Counted from the stretch's first letter, positions 1 to 9,700 are shown. The stretch is 51,919 nt of DNA from Bellilinea sp. (GCA_035561555.1 DATMXL010000205.1:1-51919); one strand, 5' to 3'. The notes: generated by a model not told the origin, from the sequence alone. Program-made: numbers and translations.

Positions 1-17
1 GGCAAAAACTTTTTCAT
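1..17 (-). CDS. 5' end of a gene running off the window (MKKFL...), possibly a secreted sugar-binding protein
   Basis: Minus strand reads CAGGAGGattgagATGAAAAAGTTTTTG: strong SD plus a signal-peptide-like MKKFL start, directly downstream of a ROK regulator. Only 5 codons visible, so the product is a guess. Confidence 0.5.
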
Positions 18-129
18 CTCAATCCTCCTGATTGATTTAGTGGTTCATATTTTCCCATATTTATGGGGTTTTTGATAGAGTTAGTAGTAAATTGATTGGG
101 TGTCTGACGGTCCCATCACCTCCCTTCCA

Positions 130-1353
130 TCAGATATTTTCTGCAATTCGGTGCAAGCTCATGGACAATGCCTGTGCTACCGCTCCCATCGCGGATGAGC
201 GACGACCCAGCACTGCCGCTGAAATCCGGACTGCTTGCCATGAAACGAGCAAACTGCGTTCTTTCACGGTCTTTCGAATAGGATCGAGCAGTAAATCTCC
301 CAGTTGGGCGACACCACCACCTATGACGATGATTTCTGGATTGATCAAGTTGACTAGACCTGCAATTGCCGTCCCTAAATGATACCCCGATTCGGTAATT
401 AATTGTTGAGAAAATAGGTCCCCGCGGCGAGCGGAATTAATCACATCCTGGGCTGTGATCGAATCGGTCGGCCTGATTTCAGATAGCATGGTACGCCGGC
501 CTTTTAGAACACCATCCCGTGCGCGTTGTGCCAGTGATCGCCCGCCTGCCATCGCCTCCAAACAGCCTCGGTTCCCGCAGCTGCATAACGGTCCATTTTC
601 ATCCAGGGTGATGTGGCCTATTTCTCCGGCCGATCCTGTCGTGCCGCGATAAATTTGACCGTCCAATAAAAACCCGGCACCAATCCCGGTACCAACCTTG
701 ATATAGGCCAGATTTTTTTCGCCGCGTCCGGCGCCAAACGCCCACTCACCCAAAGCGCCAAATTCTGCGTCGTTTCCCAGCGAGACTGGACAACCCAGGT
801 GTGCTTCCAACCAATCGCGGATCGGAAATTTATCCCACCCCGGCATGATCGGAGGCGCACCAACGATGCCGGTATCCGAAACCACTGGTCCCGGTACACC
901 CACTGCGGCAGCGGTGATTTCATCAAGCAAAACTTTGGTGGTTGGCAGCCAATCCTGGATGAGTGCTTCAAGGCGGTTCAGGCAGAATTCCGGACCAAGT
1001 ACAACATCCATCGGCGCATTGGTCTCAGCCAGCACCTGCGCCTGATAGTTTGCCAGAACAATGGTCACATGGGTTGAGCCGATGTCGATACCCAGGACTC
1101 GCCCGATGTCGGGATTAATTTCAAGGTTGATGGGGTTTCTTCCGCCCGGGTGTTGACCGCCTGATTCACGCACCACGCCAGCTTTAATCAAATCGTTGAC
1201 TATGGCAGTCAGCGCGGCACGGGTCAACCCGATCTGGCGAGACAGCTCAATTCGAGAAATTCCCCCGGTTGCGAAACGGATTAAATCTAAAGCTGCATGT
1301 TTGTTAAGGTTCTTGACATTCGTCTTTGGGACTTGCCATACCGTGATGGTCAT
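130..1353 (-). CDS. ROK family transcriptional regulator (XylR/NagC-like)
   Basis: N-terminal HTH (ISRIELSRQIGLTRAALTAIVNDL), GIDIGST, NDAE, GTGIGAG and ROK signature GEIGH...CSCGNRGCLE. Start moved to ATG 1353, preceded by AAGGA. Confidence 0.93.
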   Translation of the reverse strand: MTITVWQVPKTNVKNLNKHAALDLIRFATGGISRIELSRQIGLTRAALTAIVNDLIKAGVVRESGGQHPGGRNPINLEINPDIGRVLGIDIGSTHVTIVLANYQAQVLAETNAPMDVVLGPEFCLNRLEALIQDWLPTTKVLLDEITAAAVGVPGPVVSDTGIVGAPPIMPGWDKFPIRDWLEAHLGCPVSLGNDAEFGALGEWAFGAGRGEKNLAYIKVGTGIGAGFLLDGQIYRGTTGSAGEIGHITLDENGPLCSCGNRGCLEAMAGGRSLAQRARDGVLKGRRTMLSEIRPTDSITAQDVINSARRGDLFSQQLITESGYHLGTAIAGLVNLINPEIIVIGGGVAQLGDLLLDPIRKTVKERSLLVSWQAVRISAAVLGRRSSAMGAVAQALSMSLHRIAENI

Positions 1354-1383
1354 CGCGTTCCTTACGTTGACATAGCAGATGTA

Positions 1384-1424
1384 ATTATACAAAATCCCCA
1401 ATAAATGTCAAGTGTTTTGACATT
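1384..1424 (-). promoter_or_regulatory. Sigma70-type promoter of the ROK gene overlapped by an inverted repeat
   Basis: Minus strand TTGACA (1411-1406), 16 nt, TATAAT (1389-1384); inverted repeat AATGTCAA-N5-TTGACATT at 1404-1424. Confidence 0.7.
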
Positions 1425-1489
1425 ATTCCATTGATTTTGTTTGGACAACCGTGCTTACCCAATCCTGATATCCGGTATAATTCCAGCCT

Positions 1490-2314
1490 ATGACACTCCC
1501 CCTTTGGCGCGTCATCACCTCACCTCCCGCCTCCGGTGCCTGGAATATGGCGCTGGATGAAGCCATTCTGGAAGCCGTGAGAAGCCTCGACCAACCCCCA
1601 ACCCTTCGTTTATACGCCTGGGAGCCAGCCTGCCTTTCCCTCGGTCACGCACAACCCATCAAGGATGTCAACCTTCCATCGTTAATTGCTAACGGCTGGC
1701 AAGTCGTCCGCCGGCCAACTGGCGGTCGCGCCATCCTGCATACCGACGAACTAACCTACTCCATTGCAGCCCATCAGGACAATCCGATCATGACAGGCGG
1801 TGTCCTGGAGAGCTACCGCCGGATTTCCTTAGCCCTGGTTGAAGGTTTAACGAAGCTTGGTATCAATTCCAATGCTGACAGCCATTATCAACTGCCCGAA
1901 GGCTCGGTTCAGAATGCAGCCGTTTGCTTTGAGGTCCCCTCAAATTATGAAATTACTGCCAACGGCAGGAAGTTGATCGGATCAGCGCAGGCCCGCCGCG
2001 GTATGGGTGTCTTGCAACACGGATCATTGCCGCTATTTGGTGACCTGGCCAGAATCACTCAAGTTCTCAAGTTTGAATCGCTGTCTGAGCAAGCCTCCGC
2101 CCGCCAGCGGTTGCTCGAGCACGCCGCCACCGCCGAAGCGGTCCTTGGCTTCCCACCGACGTGGCAGCAAGCTGCGGAGGCGATTAGAGCAGCCTTCGCA
2201 GAACAACTACAAATCCAAATAGTCGCCGGTGAACCCAGTGAATCCGAGTTAAGCCGCGCGCTCAGTCTGGAAGCCGAGAAATACGCCAATGATAGCTGGA
2301 CGTACCGGATTTAG
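1490..2314 (+). CDS. lipM: Lipoate-protein ligase A family protein, LipM-like octanoyltransferase
   Basis: NMALDEA, PTLRLY, VRRPTGGRAILH, CFEVPSNYE, KLIGSAQ, LQHGS motifs; no C-terminal LplA domain. Confidence 0.8.
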   Translation: MTLPLWRVITSPPASGAWNMALDEAILEAVRSLDQPPTLRLYAWEPACLSLGHAQPIKDVNLPSLIANGWQVVRRPTGGRAILHTDELTYSIAAHQDNPIMTGGVLESYRRISLALVEGLTKLGINSNADSHYQLPEGSVQNAAVCFEVPSNYEITANGRKLIGSAQARRGMGVLQHGSLPLFGDLARITQVLKFESLSEQASARQRLLEHAATAEAVLGFPPTWQQAAEAIRAAFAEQLQIQIVAGEPSESELSRALSLEAEKYANDSWTYRI

Positions 2315-2991
2315 TCCTGGTCGTGCACGAAAATAACTTCCGGGTAACCCAGTTGACGCAGCAAGCGGTAGAGATAGCTCTCGGCATTTTTTTCAGCCAT
2401 CTCGAGAATGCCATCTTCCACGGCGGCTCTGCTAATTTCTTCCTCAGCAGCCTGGCGTGCCAGACTTTCTAGCGTCACATCGCCACGCTTGAGAATGCCG
2501 GTTTCGCGGTCGTATACATAGGATAATTGATTGTTCAGCGTTGCCACGAATATCTCTGTCGGTGGCAAGCGCACCATTAACACCCCGTTTTCTACCCACA
2601 TACTCTCAGCGGTTAATTTTTCCAGGTCGATGCCGGCGATCACCTCGCCATGCGCCACGAAAAGCAGGCGGTCGCCAAACAAAAAGCCGAGTGGTCCCTG
2701 ACCAACCTCAGTCGTGATGACCTTTTCCATTGAGTACTGCACCGTTTCCAATCGCGCCAGCGAGCGAACGTCCCGCAAGATCGTAACAGGATCGGGAATC
2801 ACCGTTGGGGTGGGATGCAGCACATTATTCACCTGGGTCGACAGGTAATTATTGGCCTCTTCAATGGGTTGAATGGCTTTTTGTGCGCCGTTCTTTAGGA
2901 TGAACCCGGTGGCAACCAGCAAGCCGGCAATCAACAACACCAACACCAGGATGCCAATCGCTAAACCTTTGACAAATTGTTGAAACGTCAT
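2311..2991 (-). CDS. DUF4230-like membrane-anchored protein
   Basis: One N-terminal TM helix, then LETVQY...GEVIAGIDL...V.LP...ILEMAEKNAE pattern; start moved to ATG 2991 after GAGG. Confidence 0.7.
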   Translation of the reverse strand: MTFQQFVKGLAIGILVLVLLIAGLLVATGFILKNGAQKAIQPIEEANNYLSTQVNNVLHPTPTVIPDPVTILRDVRSLARLETVQYSMEKVITTEVGQGPLGFLFGDRLLFVAHGEVIAGIDLEKLTAESMWVENGVLMVRLPPTEIFVATLNNQLSYVYDRETGILKRGDVTLESLARQAAEEEISRAAVEDGILEMAEKNAESYLYRLLRQLGYPEVIFVHDQD

Positions 2992-3123
2992 TTTTTCCTC
3001 TTCTCGTTGTGCTGAAGACTGTTTCTTAGCTAAATCCATGTCGGTCAGCAGAAATCTATTCAGATAAAACCGATTATAATCATGGAACGGCCGGTATTAA
3101 CCGTCTGGAGGGAAATAAACGCC

Positions 3124-4158
3124 GTGCCACTGGTAAAACACCGATTTCTTCTCACAGTTCTGATCATTCTAGTCTTCCTGTCGCTGGCAGGCTGTTCAAC
3201 CGGCACCCCCACCATTGAGCCGACCCCTACCCAGGGTTTTGTCGGTCCTACAGCCACGACTCCTCCCCTGCCTTTGGGAGACCCTACCAATCCAATATTG
3301 ATTGGCTATGTCTTCCGCCAGGATGACCCTGAATCGCAGGCTGCGATCGAAACCTTGGTCCAGGAGCTGGATAAGCGGATTGGGTTGACTTTCGGTGCTG
3401 TGATTTTTCCGACATATGAACAAATGCTGGATATGCTCGAGGTCGGTTCAATTCATGCTGCCTGGCTGCATCCCTTGACATATATTAACGCCAGTTCCCA
3501 GAATTTGGTCGACGTTCAATTGCTGACCAATCACTTTGGCACTTATTATTACGGCACACAAATTTTAGCTAATAATGAAAATGGTTTTACCTCATTTTTC
3601 GACCCGCAAACCAATACCGCCACGGCAGACGCTGAGACAGCTCTACGCCAACTGGACGGTTTACGTCCATGCTGGACCGAAGAGGGTTCCGTTTCTGGTC
3701 ATATTTACCCGTATGGCATTCTGGAAGAGTTGAGCATCGACTCACTTCCCGGCGCCATTGTTCAATCACATACAGCTGTCGTTCGCAGTCTTTACATCAA
3801 AGGTGTATGCGATTATGGCGCGACCTTTGCATATACCGGTGATCCGCGGACTGCCAGTGCTGTGATTAACGACCTGCCGGATGTTGACCAACAGGTCGTC
3901 GTCATATGGCAAAGCCCGCCGGATATTCCAAACCTGAACTTTTCGACCATCCCGACCTTGCCGGACCCGATTCGTGCCAAGCTGGTCAGCGTCCTGGTCG
4001 ATATCGTCAAAACCGATGAAGGCAAAGCGTTGCTGACGGCAGCCAATGGCGACTATGACATCCAGGACTTGCGTGTGGTTGACGATTCGGTGTATGACCC
4101 GTTGCGCCAGGCTGTGCGGCGTTCAGGCGTAACAACGGCTGACTATCTCGGTCGGTAA
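3124..4158 (+). CDS. PhnD-like (phosphate/phosphonate-type) substrate-binding lipoprotein
   Basis: Lipobox LAGC, Thr/Pro linker, YEQMLDML..GSIHAAWLHPLTY, SVSGHIYP, SPDIPN-like motif and 'DSVYDPLR' end; start moved to GTG 3124 after GGAGG. Confidence 0.75.
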   Translation: MPLVKHRFLLTVLIILVFLSLAGCSTGTPTIEPTPTQGFVGPTATTPPLPLGDPTNPILIGYVFRQDDPESQAAIETLVQELDKRIGLTFGAVIFPTYEQMLDMLEVGSIHAAWLHPLTYINASSQNLVDVQLLTNHFGTYYYGTQILANNENGFTSFFDPQTNTATADAETALRQLDGLRPCWTEEGSVSGHIYPYGILEELSIDSLPGAIVQSHTAVVRSLYIKGVCDYGATFAYTGDPRTASAVINDLPDVDQQVVVIWQSPPDIPNLNFSTIPTLPDPIRAKLVSVLVDIVKTDEGKALLTAANGDYDIQDLRVVDDSVYDPLRQAVRRSGVTTADYLGR

Positions 4159-4195
4159 AAAAATTCACGGCCAACCGCGTGGTAAAATCACCGCT

Positions 4196-4855
4196 ATGCT
4201 TCGTAGAATATTTCGATTCTTCAGCCGTGCCGCTCTGATCCTGTTGGCTGGAGCACTGCTTATCCTTGGCCTGCCAACCCTGTTATCTGAATTTATTGCT
4301 CGCGCGCGCACATCCAGTCTTGAACAGGCACCGCAAATGCCAGTGGCAATTGTTTTCGGTGCCAGCCTTAACCGCGATGGAACACCTAGTCCGGTGCTGC
4401 GTGACCGCATCTCTACCGCCGCCGATTTATATTTCGACGGCAAGGTACAGAAATTGTTGATGAGCGGCGACAATCGCTTTCTGGATTACAACGAGCCGGG
4501 TGCCATGCAGGCTTATGCCATAGAATTGGGTGTTCCTGAATCAGCTTTGATCATGGATTTCGCCGGCCGGCGCACCTATGACACCTGCTACCGCGCCTTG
4601 CATATTTTTGGTGTGACGGACGCACTGGTCGTCACGCAAGCGTATCACCTTCCCCGGGTTCTAACAACTTGCCAGGGTCTGGGAATAAATGCCGTCGGGG
4701 TTCCTGCCGATCAGCGGGAATACAACCCGCGGTCGATGGCCCGCTGGCGCCTTCGCGAAATTCCAGCCACACTGGTCGCGTTTTGGGATGTTTACGTTAC
4801 TCGCCCATTGCCTGTGCTTGGCATCCCCGAACCCATATTTGCTGACCCATCTTAA
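4196..4855 (+). CDS. SanA/YdcF (DUF218) family protein
   Basis: N-terminal TM; AIVFGA, LRDR, LLMSGDN, YNEP.AM, DFAGRRTYDTC, VTQAYHLPR, REIPA motifs. Confidence 0.9.
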   Translation: MLRRIFRFFSRAALILLAGALLILGLPTLLSEFIARARTSSLEQAPQMPVAIVFGASLNRDGTPSPVLRDRISTAADLYFDGKVQKLLMSGDNRFLDYNEPGAMQAYAIELGVPESALIMDFAGRRTYDTCYRALHIFGVTDALVVTQAYHLPRVLTTCQGLGINAVGVPADQREYNPRSMARWRLREIPATLVAFWDVYVTRPLPVLGIPEPIFADPS

Positions 4856-4871
4856 ATCATTGAGGATTTCC

Positions 4872-5429
4872 ATGGAACGCGATAATGCATTATCCATCGT
4901 ACAGGAATACATCAAAGCCCCGGGATTGATTAATCATATGCTGTGCGTGGAAGCAGCCATGCGCTTCTACGCTGAAAAATATTCCCAGGATGTTGAATTA
5001 TGGGGAATCACTGGTCTGTTGCACGACTTTGACTGGGAGATTCACCCCACCCTGGAGGAACACCCGACGGCTGGCGCAGCCATCTTGCAGGGAAAAGGCG
5101 TGCCGGATGAAATTATCCAGGCAATTCTTAGCCATGGCGTGAATACCGGCGTCCCGCGGGATTCATTGATGCGCAAAGCCCTCTTCGCCTGTGACGAAAT
5201 CACCGGCTTGATCACTGCTGTAGCCCTGGTCCGCCCGTCACGCTCTTTATATGACCTGACGGCTTCCTCGGTCAAAAAGAAATGGAAAGACCGTGCCTTC
5301 GCCGCCGGTACCAATCGCGAGGAAATGGCCGAAGCCGCTGAGGATTTTGGCGTGGAGTTGTGGGAGCATGTGGACAATGTAATCTTGGCTATGCGCAAGA
5401 TTGCTCCACAGATCGGATTGGCAGGATAA
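4872..5429 (+). CDS. HDIG-type HD-domain phosphohydrolase
   Basis: NHML.VE.AM, GLLHDFD, AILSH, LFACDEITG, LVRP motifs; start ATG 4872 after GAGGA. Confidence 0.88.
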   Translation: MERDNALSIVQEYIKAPGLINHMLCVEAAMRFYAEKYSQDVELWGITGLLHDFDWEIHPTLEEHPTAGAAILQGKGVPDEIIQAILSHGVNTGVPRDSLMRKALFACDEITGLITAVALVRPSRSLYDLTASSVKKKWKDRAFAAGTNREEMAEAAEDFGVELWEHVDNVILAMRKIAPQIGLAG

Positions 5430-5480
5430 TTGCAACTACATGGTTGATATCACCGTACTCCCTGCTGGAGGATTTCAACC

Positions 5481-6638
5481 ATGTCGATTGAAGGAAAAGG
5501 GTTCTTTATCTGGAAAGTCCGCGACGCTGAAGGCGGAGATCCAGCCAAAATCGTTGCCGCGGCTCAAGCCGGCGGCTACACCCATGTCCTGCTAAAAATT
5601 GCGGACGGTCAGTACGCCTATAACCTGGACCGCAACACCAACACCGATTTATTAGCACCGGTGGTCGATGCCCTGCACACAGCCGGAATTGGCGCCTGGG
5701 GTTGGCATTACGTATACGGCTATAACCCGGGTGCAGAAGCCAATATTGCCGTACAACGACTTCAGGCCCTCAACCTGGATGGCTATGTCATCGATGCCGA
5801 AATTGAATACAAGCAGCCTGGACGCGTCAATGCCGCCCGCCATTACATGGACCGCCTGCGCCGTGCTTACCCCAACCTGCCCATGGCGCTCTCTTCTTTC
5901 CGCTTCCCTTCCTACCATCCCCAGCTGCCCTGGAAAGAATTCCTGGATAAAGTGGACTACAACATGCCGCAGGTTTATTGGGAAAAAGCCCATAACCCGG
6001 AACCTCAGCTGCAGCGCACGCTGCGGGAGTTTGAAGGTAAAGCACCGTTCCGCCCCGTGATTCCCACCGGTCCTGCCTACCGCACCGGTCGCTGGTCGCC
6101 TTCGATCGAAGATACCAATAAATTCATGGATACGGTCAAAGGTCTTGGTCTTAAGGGATGCAATTTCTTCTCGTGGGATGAATGCCGCCGTGACCTGCCG
6201 CACATCTGGGATGCTGCCGCAGCTTACCAATGGAATCCGCCGCCACCGCTGCCGCCACCGGCACCAACGCCGGAAGTGCCCGCACCGCCGCCGCCTGCCC
6301 CGCCGGCACCGGACATTATCGATGAGTACTTCAACGCGCTGAATGCCCGCGATCCAAACCGGGTAAACAACCTTTACCTGCCAGACGCAGTCCACATTAC
6401 CTTTGTCCGGTCGGTACGCGGCTCCGAAGCGCTGCGCTCCTGGTATGCCAATCTGTTTACCCAGCTGCTGACTGAGCCGACCTTCACCCTTACCGGAACG
6501 TCTGGAAAAGGCAATTCACGCCATTTCACCTGGACGGCTTCGTCGCAAAAAGGGCGTGTTAATAACGGCAGCGACACTTTTGGCCTGCTGGATGGCAAGA
6601 TCGCCTACCATTATTCCTTTTTCCATATTTCGCGCTAG
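5481..6638 (+). CDS. Putative TIM-barrel glycoside-hydrolase-like domain + Pro-rich linker + SnoaL/NTF2-like domain
   Basis: N-terminal beta/alpha pattern with YVIDAEIEY (DxE), Pro-rich linker at about 6237-6311, C-terminal YFNALNARD...LYLPDAV...RGSEALRSWY...DGKIAYH typical of SnoaL-like folds; SD GGAGG. Confidence 0.6.
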   Translation: MSIEGKGFFIWKVRDAEGGDPAKIVAAAQAGGYTHVLLKIADGQYAYNLDRNTNTDLLAPVVDALHTAGIGAWGWHYVYGYNPGAEANIAVQRLQALNLDGYVIDAEIEYKQPGRVNAARHYMDRLRRAYPNLPMALSSFRFPSYHPQLPWKEFLDKVDYNMPQVYWEKAHNPEPQLQRTLREFEGKAPFRPVIPTGPAYRTGRWSPSIEDTNKFMDTVKGLGLKGCNFFSWDECRRDLPHIWDAAAAYQWNPPPPLPPPAPTPEVPAPPPPAPPAPDIIDEYFNALNARDPNRVNNLYLPDAVHITFVRSVRGSEALRSWYANLFTQLLTEPTFTLTGTSGKGNSRHFTWTASSQKGRVNNGSDTFGLLDGKIAYHYSFFHISR

Positions 6639-6695
6639 AGGCTGAGTTTTATACCCTATAGTACCTAGAAATCCACCTGTTTTTTGATACCATTA

Positions 6696-6736
6696 TTTGC
6701 GGGTTTTTGCACTCCCACAGTGCAAAAACCCGCAAA
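6696..6736. terminator. Perfect 18-bp inverted repeat between convergent genes, probable bidirectional terminator or pause
   Basis: TTTGCGGGTTTTTGCACT-cccac-AGTGCAAAAACCCGCAAA; no canonical U-tract after the stem on either strand. Confidence 0.55.
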
Positions 6737-6760
6737 ATTAATAACCAATCCAATTGATTG

Positions 6761-9700
6761 TTACTTGGTTTCGGACCCGGGTTTTTTCAGCGGCGTTTTG
6801 GCTGGTTTTACCGTGCTCCTGGCGGTCCCGCCCGCTGGCTTTTTAGCTGCCGGCTTGGTGGACCCAGTGGTCGGCTTTCTTACCGTTGGTTTTCGAGTTG
6901 TTTCAGCTGGTTTTTTAGCCGAAGGTTTAGCCAACGGTTTTGTTTTGCTCTTTGTCGTTGGTGTAGCAGCCGATTTCGTTGGCGGCTTGCTTGCTGATGC
7001 TTTTCCAACCGCCGTGGTTTTCTTCACCACCGCTGACGTTTTGGCAGCTGGTTTTGCCGGGATTTTCGCCGGCTTACCAACCGCTTTGGGAACCTTTACC
7101 GTGGTTGTAGCTGTTTTTGCCGTTGTTTCGCCAGTTTGTGTGGCGGTTGGTTTAGCTGCTGATTTTGGGGGTGCAACCACGCCGGTTTTTACCGTTGGTT
7201 CTTTGGCAGCAATTTTCTTTATCGTTGGTGAACTGGCCGACCTCGTAGTTTTAGGTTTATCCTCTGACTTCGCGGTAGCAGCTTTTGACTTTGGTGTGCC
7301 TGCTTTTTCAGTTTTTTTGGCCGGAGCAGCTTTTGCTGCTGGGGGTTTTTCTGCGAAACGCGTCCGCTTTGGCTGGCCATCCAACGGCAAGGCCAATTGA
7401 TCGGCGTGAGGTTCAGGTGCAACTACGCGCCGCGTTTTCTTTTGCACTACGCCCTGACGTTTTTCCCAGTAAGCTAAACCATCTTCAATCACCGTCAGTC
7501 CGGTGACCTGGTCGCCAGGTTTGACAGCGGTGAGCGTTTTGGCGGTCGATTGTCTTCTGCCGGCAGGAATACTTCCGATGGTTTCCACCCTACTGGCTCC
7601 ATCCTTCATTTCAATGATAATTTCCTGACCCGGGTGTGAGTAAACCATCCCAACCAGTTCGCCGCCAGGGGGCGGTTTGCAGGCGATCGCGCCTTGACCG
7701 TAGCGGCCTTGCACCGGCAATTGAGCCGTTGGCAGGCGCCAGGCTTTACCATCCCGCCCGACCAATAATAGATCAAATTCAGGCACGATGCGAGCTGCAC
7801 CCATCACCTGGTCCTTCGCCGCCAGTTTGATGCCATTGACTCCTGCCGCTACCAACCCCATTGGCCGCACGTCCTCTTCGGTGAAGCGGATTACCATGCC
7901 TCGCTGTGTCGCCAGCATGATTTCGGATTTGCCATCTGTCAGCACCGCCCAGCCTATCTCATCACCCGGGTTCACTTTGGCGAGGGTAAACAGTTGGGTT
8001 GACGGCCCAGGTAGATCTCGCAGGCTGGACTTTTTCACCAATCCAGCGCGCGAGACCGTTACAACGAATTGCTCAGCGTTCTCCTCCAGGCGCGTTGGAG
8101 CCGCAAACAATTGCACTAATTTTGGGTTGTCTTCGAAAGGTAACGCCTTGTGGAGTGGCGCACCATCCGAAAATTTTTCTACTTCGGGTAGCGATTGGAC
8201 GGCAATAGCTGCCGCTCGTCCATCACTGGCTGCCAGATAGAGCGTATGGTGCGTGGTGGTGGCATACAGCCATTTCGGTGCATTCCGCCCGCTCCAACGC
8301 GGCAAAACGTCCCCAGTAGTCCTACCGATGATGCCGTTGGCGGTAACCCCAACCCAGACCCCCAGAGATGGCATCATATCCGTGGTCGTCAGAAGGTTTT
8401 TCATTTCCATACCTTCTGTGAGTGCCACAATTTGAGTCCGCCGCCGGTCAGCATAGGCTGTTTTCATCGCCTTGAGTTCATCACTGACGACCTGACGTAG
8501 TTTCCTGGGCGATTTGAGCAAGCCTTCCAGCTCGGCTATCAACTCCTGGACTTCTTTGTACTCCAGTTCGATTTTGCGGCGTTCCAGAGCCGCCAGGCGG
8601 CGCAGCTGCATCTCCAGGATGGCATTGGCTTGAAGTTCGCTCAACTTATAGCGCTTCATCAGCTTGGTTCGCGCATCGTCCACATCCTGAGCTTTGCGAA
8701 TGAGATTGATGACCTCGTCCAGGTTGTCTAGCGCGATGCGCAGACCATCCAGGATGTGAGCGCGTGCTTTGGCTTTGGCCAGATCGTGCTCACTGCGGCG
8801 GCGCACCACCGTGATCCTGTGCTCCAGATAGACCCGCAGCGCCTGTTTAAGCGACAGCATGTGCGGCTCGCCAGCCACCAGTGCCAGCAGCGAAATCCGG
8901 AAGGTGGTTTGCAGCGGTGTGCGTTTGTAGAGTCCGCGCAGTACATTTTCCGTCTCAGCCACCTTATTCAACTCGATGACGATGCGCATCCCCTGTCGAT
9001 CCGATTCGTCACGTAAATCGCTGATGCCATCCAATCCGCCTTCACGCGCCAATTCGGCGATCCGCTCAATTAAGGATGATTTATTGATTTGATACGGCAA
9101 TTCGGTAATGATGATGCGATTCTTGCCGCGCCCCATTTCTTCCAGATGCACTTTACCGCGCAGTGTGACCTTGCCGCGCCCCGTGGCATAAGCAGATAGC
9201 AAATCTTCGCCATTGTTCTCATGCAAGATGATGCCGCCGGTCGGGAAATCTGGCCCCTTAACGAATTTCATCAGGTCGCTGACGGTTACATCTTCCTGCG
9301 TTTCCCATCTCTCGAGCAGATAATTCAACGCCTCAACGACTTCAGCCAGATTATGCGGCGGGATGCTGGTCGCCATCCCCACGGCGATACCGCTGGCGCC
9401 GTTCACTAGCAAGTTGGGAATTGCCGCCGGCAACACATCCGGTTCGTTGAGCGAATCATCAAAATTACGGGTGAAGTCGATGGTGTCGCGGTCAAGTTGG
9501 GACAGAATGTCCACGGCTACCGGTGTCAGCCTCGCTTCGGTATAGCGCATGGCAGCTGGCGGATCGCCATCAACCGAGCCAAAATTGCCCTGCCCATCCA
9601 CTAACGCATAGCGCATGGAAAAATCCTGCGCCATCCGCGCCATGGCCTCATACACCGACTGGTCACCGTGCGGATGGTACTTCCCCAGCACCTCACCAAC

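Noticed and set aside
4689-4871. N-terminal extensions in the ORF track (HD protein, and likewise GT4, topA, manC, greA, lepA, ROK)
   Set aside because: Extensions overlap upstream genes or promoters and lack family similarity; downstream starts have SD or promoter support.
6684-7400. 238-aa hydrophobic plus-strand ORF that looks like a membrane protein
   Set aside because: It is the antisense shadow of the Lys/Ala/Pro/Thr-rich topoisomerase tail (AAA/GCA codons read as TTT/TGC etc.); no SD and it starts next to the hairpin.
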